DNA of 64,000 nt from Podarcis muralis (taxonomy: Eukaryota): assembly GCF_964188315.1 (NCBI RefSeq), contig NC_135655.1, forward strand, positions 104,222,001-104,286,000, in the 5' to 3' direction. Position 1 is the stretch's first letter, and every line of letters starts with the position of its first letter. This document shows, piece after piece, positions 61,947 through 64,000 of the stretch. A program made the translations under genes and the position numbers. The notes below the pieces were generated by a model. That model saw only the letters and a program-made list of their open reading frames with translations. It ran no database searches and was not told the origin of the DNA.

Positions 61947-62168
61947 TATGTGTATAACTATGATCTGTGCTAGCAATATGCTCTTTTTTTTCCCTACCCA
62001 TCTGTCTCTCTCTCTCCTCCTCCACCCCCCCCAGCCCCCGCCCCCACTATTTCAAAGTTCTGAACCTTTTGGCTGGGAAGACGCCGGTGTTATTGTCAGT
62101 TTCAAGAGTTAAATATTCCAGGAGGAATTTGTTACTACATGGTGATACATAATGCCTGAAAACCCCCA

Positions 62169-62556
62169 NNNNNNNNNNNNNNNNNNNNNNNNNNNNNNNN
62201 NNNNNNNNNNNNNNNNNNNNNNNNNNNNNNNNNNNNNNNNNNNNNNNNNNNNNNNNNNNNNNNNNNNNNNNNNNNNNNNNNNNNNNNNNNNNNNNNNNNN
62301 NNNNNNNNNNNNNNNNNNNNNNNNNNNNNNNNNNNNNNNNNNNNNNNNNNNNNNNNNNNNNNNNNNNNNNNNNNNNNNNNNNNNNNNNNNNNNNNNNNNN
62401 NNNNNNNNNNNNNNNNNNNNNNNNNNNNNNNNNNNNNNNNNNNNNNNNNNNNNNNNNNNNNNNNNNNNNNNNNNNNNNNNNNNNNNNNNNNNNNNNNNNN
62501 NNNNNNNNNNNNNNNNNNNNNNNNNNNNNNNNNNNNNNNNNNNNNNNNNNNNNNNN
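62169..62556. other. N-run, 388 nt
   Basis: Directly visible; unique flanks. Confidence 1.
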
Positions 62557-62980
62557 CGATTGCAGGGTTGGGGGAAAGGATCAAGCTGGAGAAACAAGGT
62601 AGATGAAAAGGAAGAATGCAGAATACTATAATTAGCCTAATGAACAAAGCATCAGCGGAACTGAAATAAAGATGCGCCGCTTTTGCTCGCCATTGCCTTG
62701 TGAATACAAACACTGTACGCCCCGTTTGCTAATTAGCTGATAATGTACTGCAATAGACATGTTGCAGGCTATCGTATTGCCAAGACATAGTGCTAGTGAG
62801 ACTTAAAACCTTATTAAAAAGCACCAACAATCAAACTCTTGCCCCACCCGCAGGCCCCATTTCAACAGCATTCACCACAATCATGAATGTATTTAGTTAT
62901 ATATGACCATAGATACTTTTGTAACTTTAATGGCGTGCACAAACAATTTAGTCTCGTAGCATCATCGAGCAGAGAGCTTC
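62557..62980. promoter_or_regulatory. Candidate conserved non-coding element
   Basis: Unique DNA with retained CpGs and clustered TAATTA, AACAAAG and ACAAT motifs; conservation inferred, not measured. Confidence 0.4.
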
Positions 62981-63802
62981 CTCCACTGCCATCTTAAGGC
63001 TGAAGGAAACCACAAACAACATGCTGTACCCTTTTCTCCTCCAGAAATATCATGTCCTTCCCCCTTAATATCCAGCCAGAGCAGGCATTCTGTATAACTT
63101 TAAGTTTCACAACATTGTAAATGTGGGTTGGTTCTATTCAACATCTCAATGTACAGTACCTGTAAATTTTGTTCCAATGGACTAAGGTGGCTATTTGTCT
63201 GCCTCCACTTCAGTATCACTTTAAAGACAATTAGTCATTATGCAAACATTATTATTTTTATGCACTCACCCACCTTAACATAAAACAAGTATCTGGTAAC
63301 AGAAGAATACCAACAGCAGTATGGGCAGTATGTGGGTTTTTTTATTAAAAAAAAACCTACTTGCTTGTAAAACCTGAACCTCATGAATGAAGTACATTCA
63401 TAAAAATCTGAGCACACTTCTCTGCAGCTGACTGAATGAACCTGGGAAATCCTCAAACATCTACATTGCAACTTTCAATGAATAGTGTTACCTACTGCAA
63501 TCTGTAGCCTCCAATTACTGTAGTTGTAAAACCAAAAGTAACCCATCAGGGTGCATCGATTTCTGGTATTCTTTGCATATACTAATATAGCCTGCACACT
63601 TACTCAGGAGTAAGTCTCACTGAACTCATAGGGCTTGCTTCTGAGAAGGTTGCCAACTTTTTCACCAGGCTCTGCAGCTGTGCCTCATTGGACAGACATT
63701 ATCTTAGAATCATGTTCATCACCTCCATGCCATGAATAACTTCACTTGCTGTTAAAAGTATTAGAGATGGCCAGGCTAGGGTTGATCAATTGGTGATAAG
63801 AC

Positions 63803-63826
63803 TAATAATAATAATAATAATAATAA

Positions 63827-63857
<31 letters not shown>

Positions 63858-63863
63858 AAGAAG
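63803..63863. repeat. Compound microsatellite (AAT)8(AAG)12
   Basis: Directly visible. Confidence 0.97.
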
Positions 63864-64000
63864 AGCAAGGTTTCCCATTATCATCACATGTATAGAAAGT
63901 GAAACAAAGGCATGGGCTCTACATGTCTAACTTGCCTTTATGCCAGATCTGAGAAAACCACAAAGGTTCTTCTGTCTACAGCCGCACAAAATGACACAAT

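Noticed and set aside
1-64000. CRISPR arrays, rRNA, LTR/ERV or intact transposase genes, V(D)J signal sequences
   Set aside because: No regularly spaced repeats, rRNA similarity, LTR pairs, long transposase ORFs or heptamer-spacer-nonamer pairs were found

Overview
Non-coding vertebrate genomic DNA from a squamate reptile, probably a lacertid lizard (inferred from Sauria SINEs with (ACCTTT)n tails, Squam2/Squam3-like tRNA SINEs and L2 LINEs with (ATT)n tails). I could not identify any host protein-coding gene, RNA gene or CRISPR array. The only ORFs with recognisable protein similarity are retrotransposon remnants: an L2 ORF2 C-terminus at 54613-55167 and an RTEX-like ORF2 C-terminus with a CCHC knuckle at about 40012-40760. 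The window alternates between repeat-dense stretches and stretches with no young insertions. The repeats include 10 Tc1/mariner-type MITEs with TA TSDs, 7 Sauria SINEs, about a dozen hAT-type MITEs, and L2/CR1 3' ends, several nested. The insertion-free stretches are AT-rich, motif-dense unique DNA that looks like conserved non-coding elements. All five N-runs (180, 183, 159, 197 and 388 nt) lie inside such unique DNA rather than in repeats. This suggests masked ultraconserved elements or hidden exons in a developmental-gene regulatory block; it is the best lead and is untested. I see no evidence of a novel coding system. The other leads concern transposon biology: covarying SINE 3' hairpins, MITEs abutting excision footprints, a MITE carrying an L2 tail, and coordinated TIR variants.
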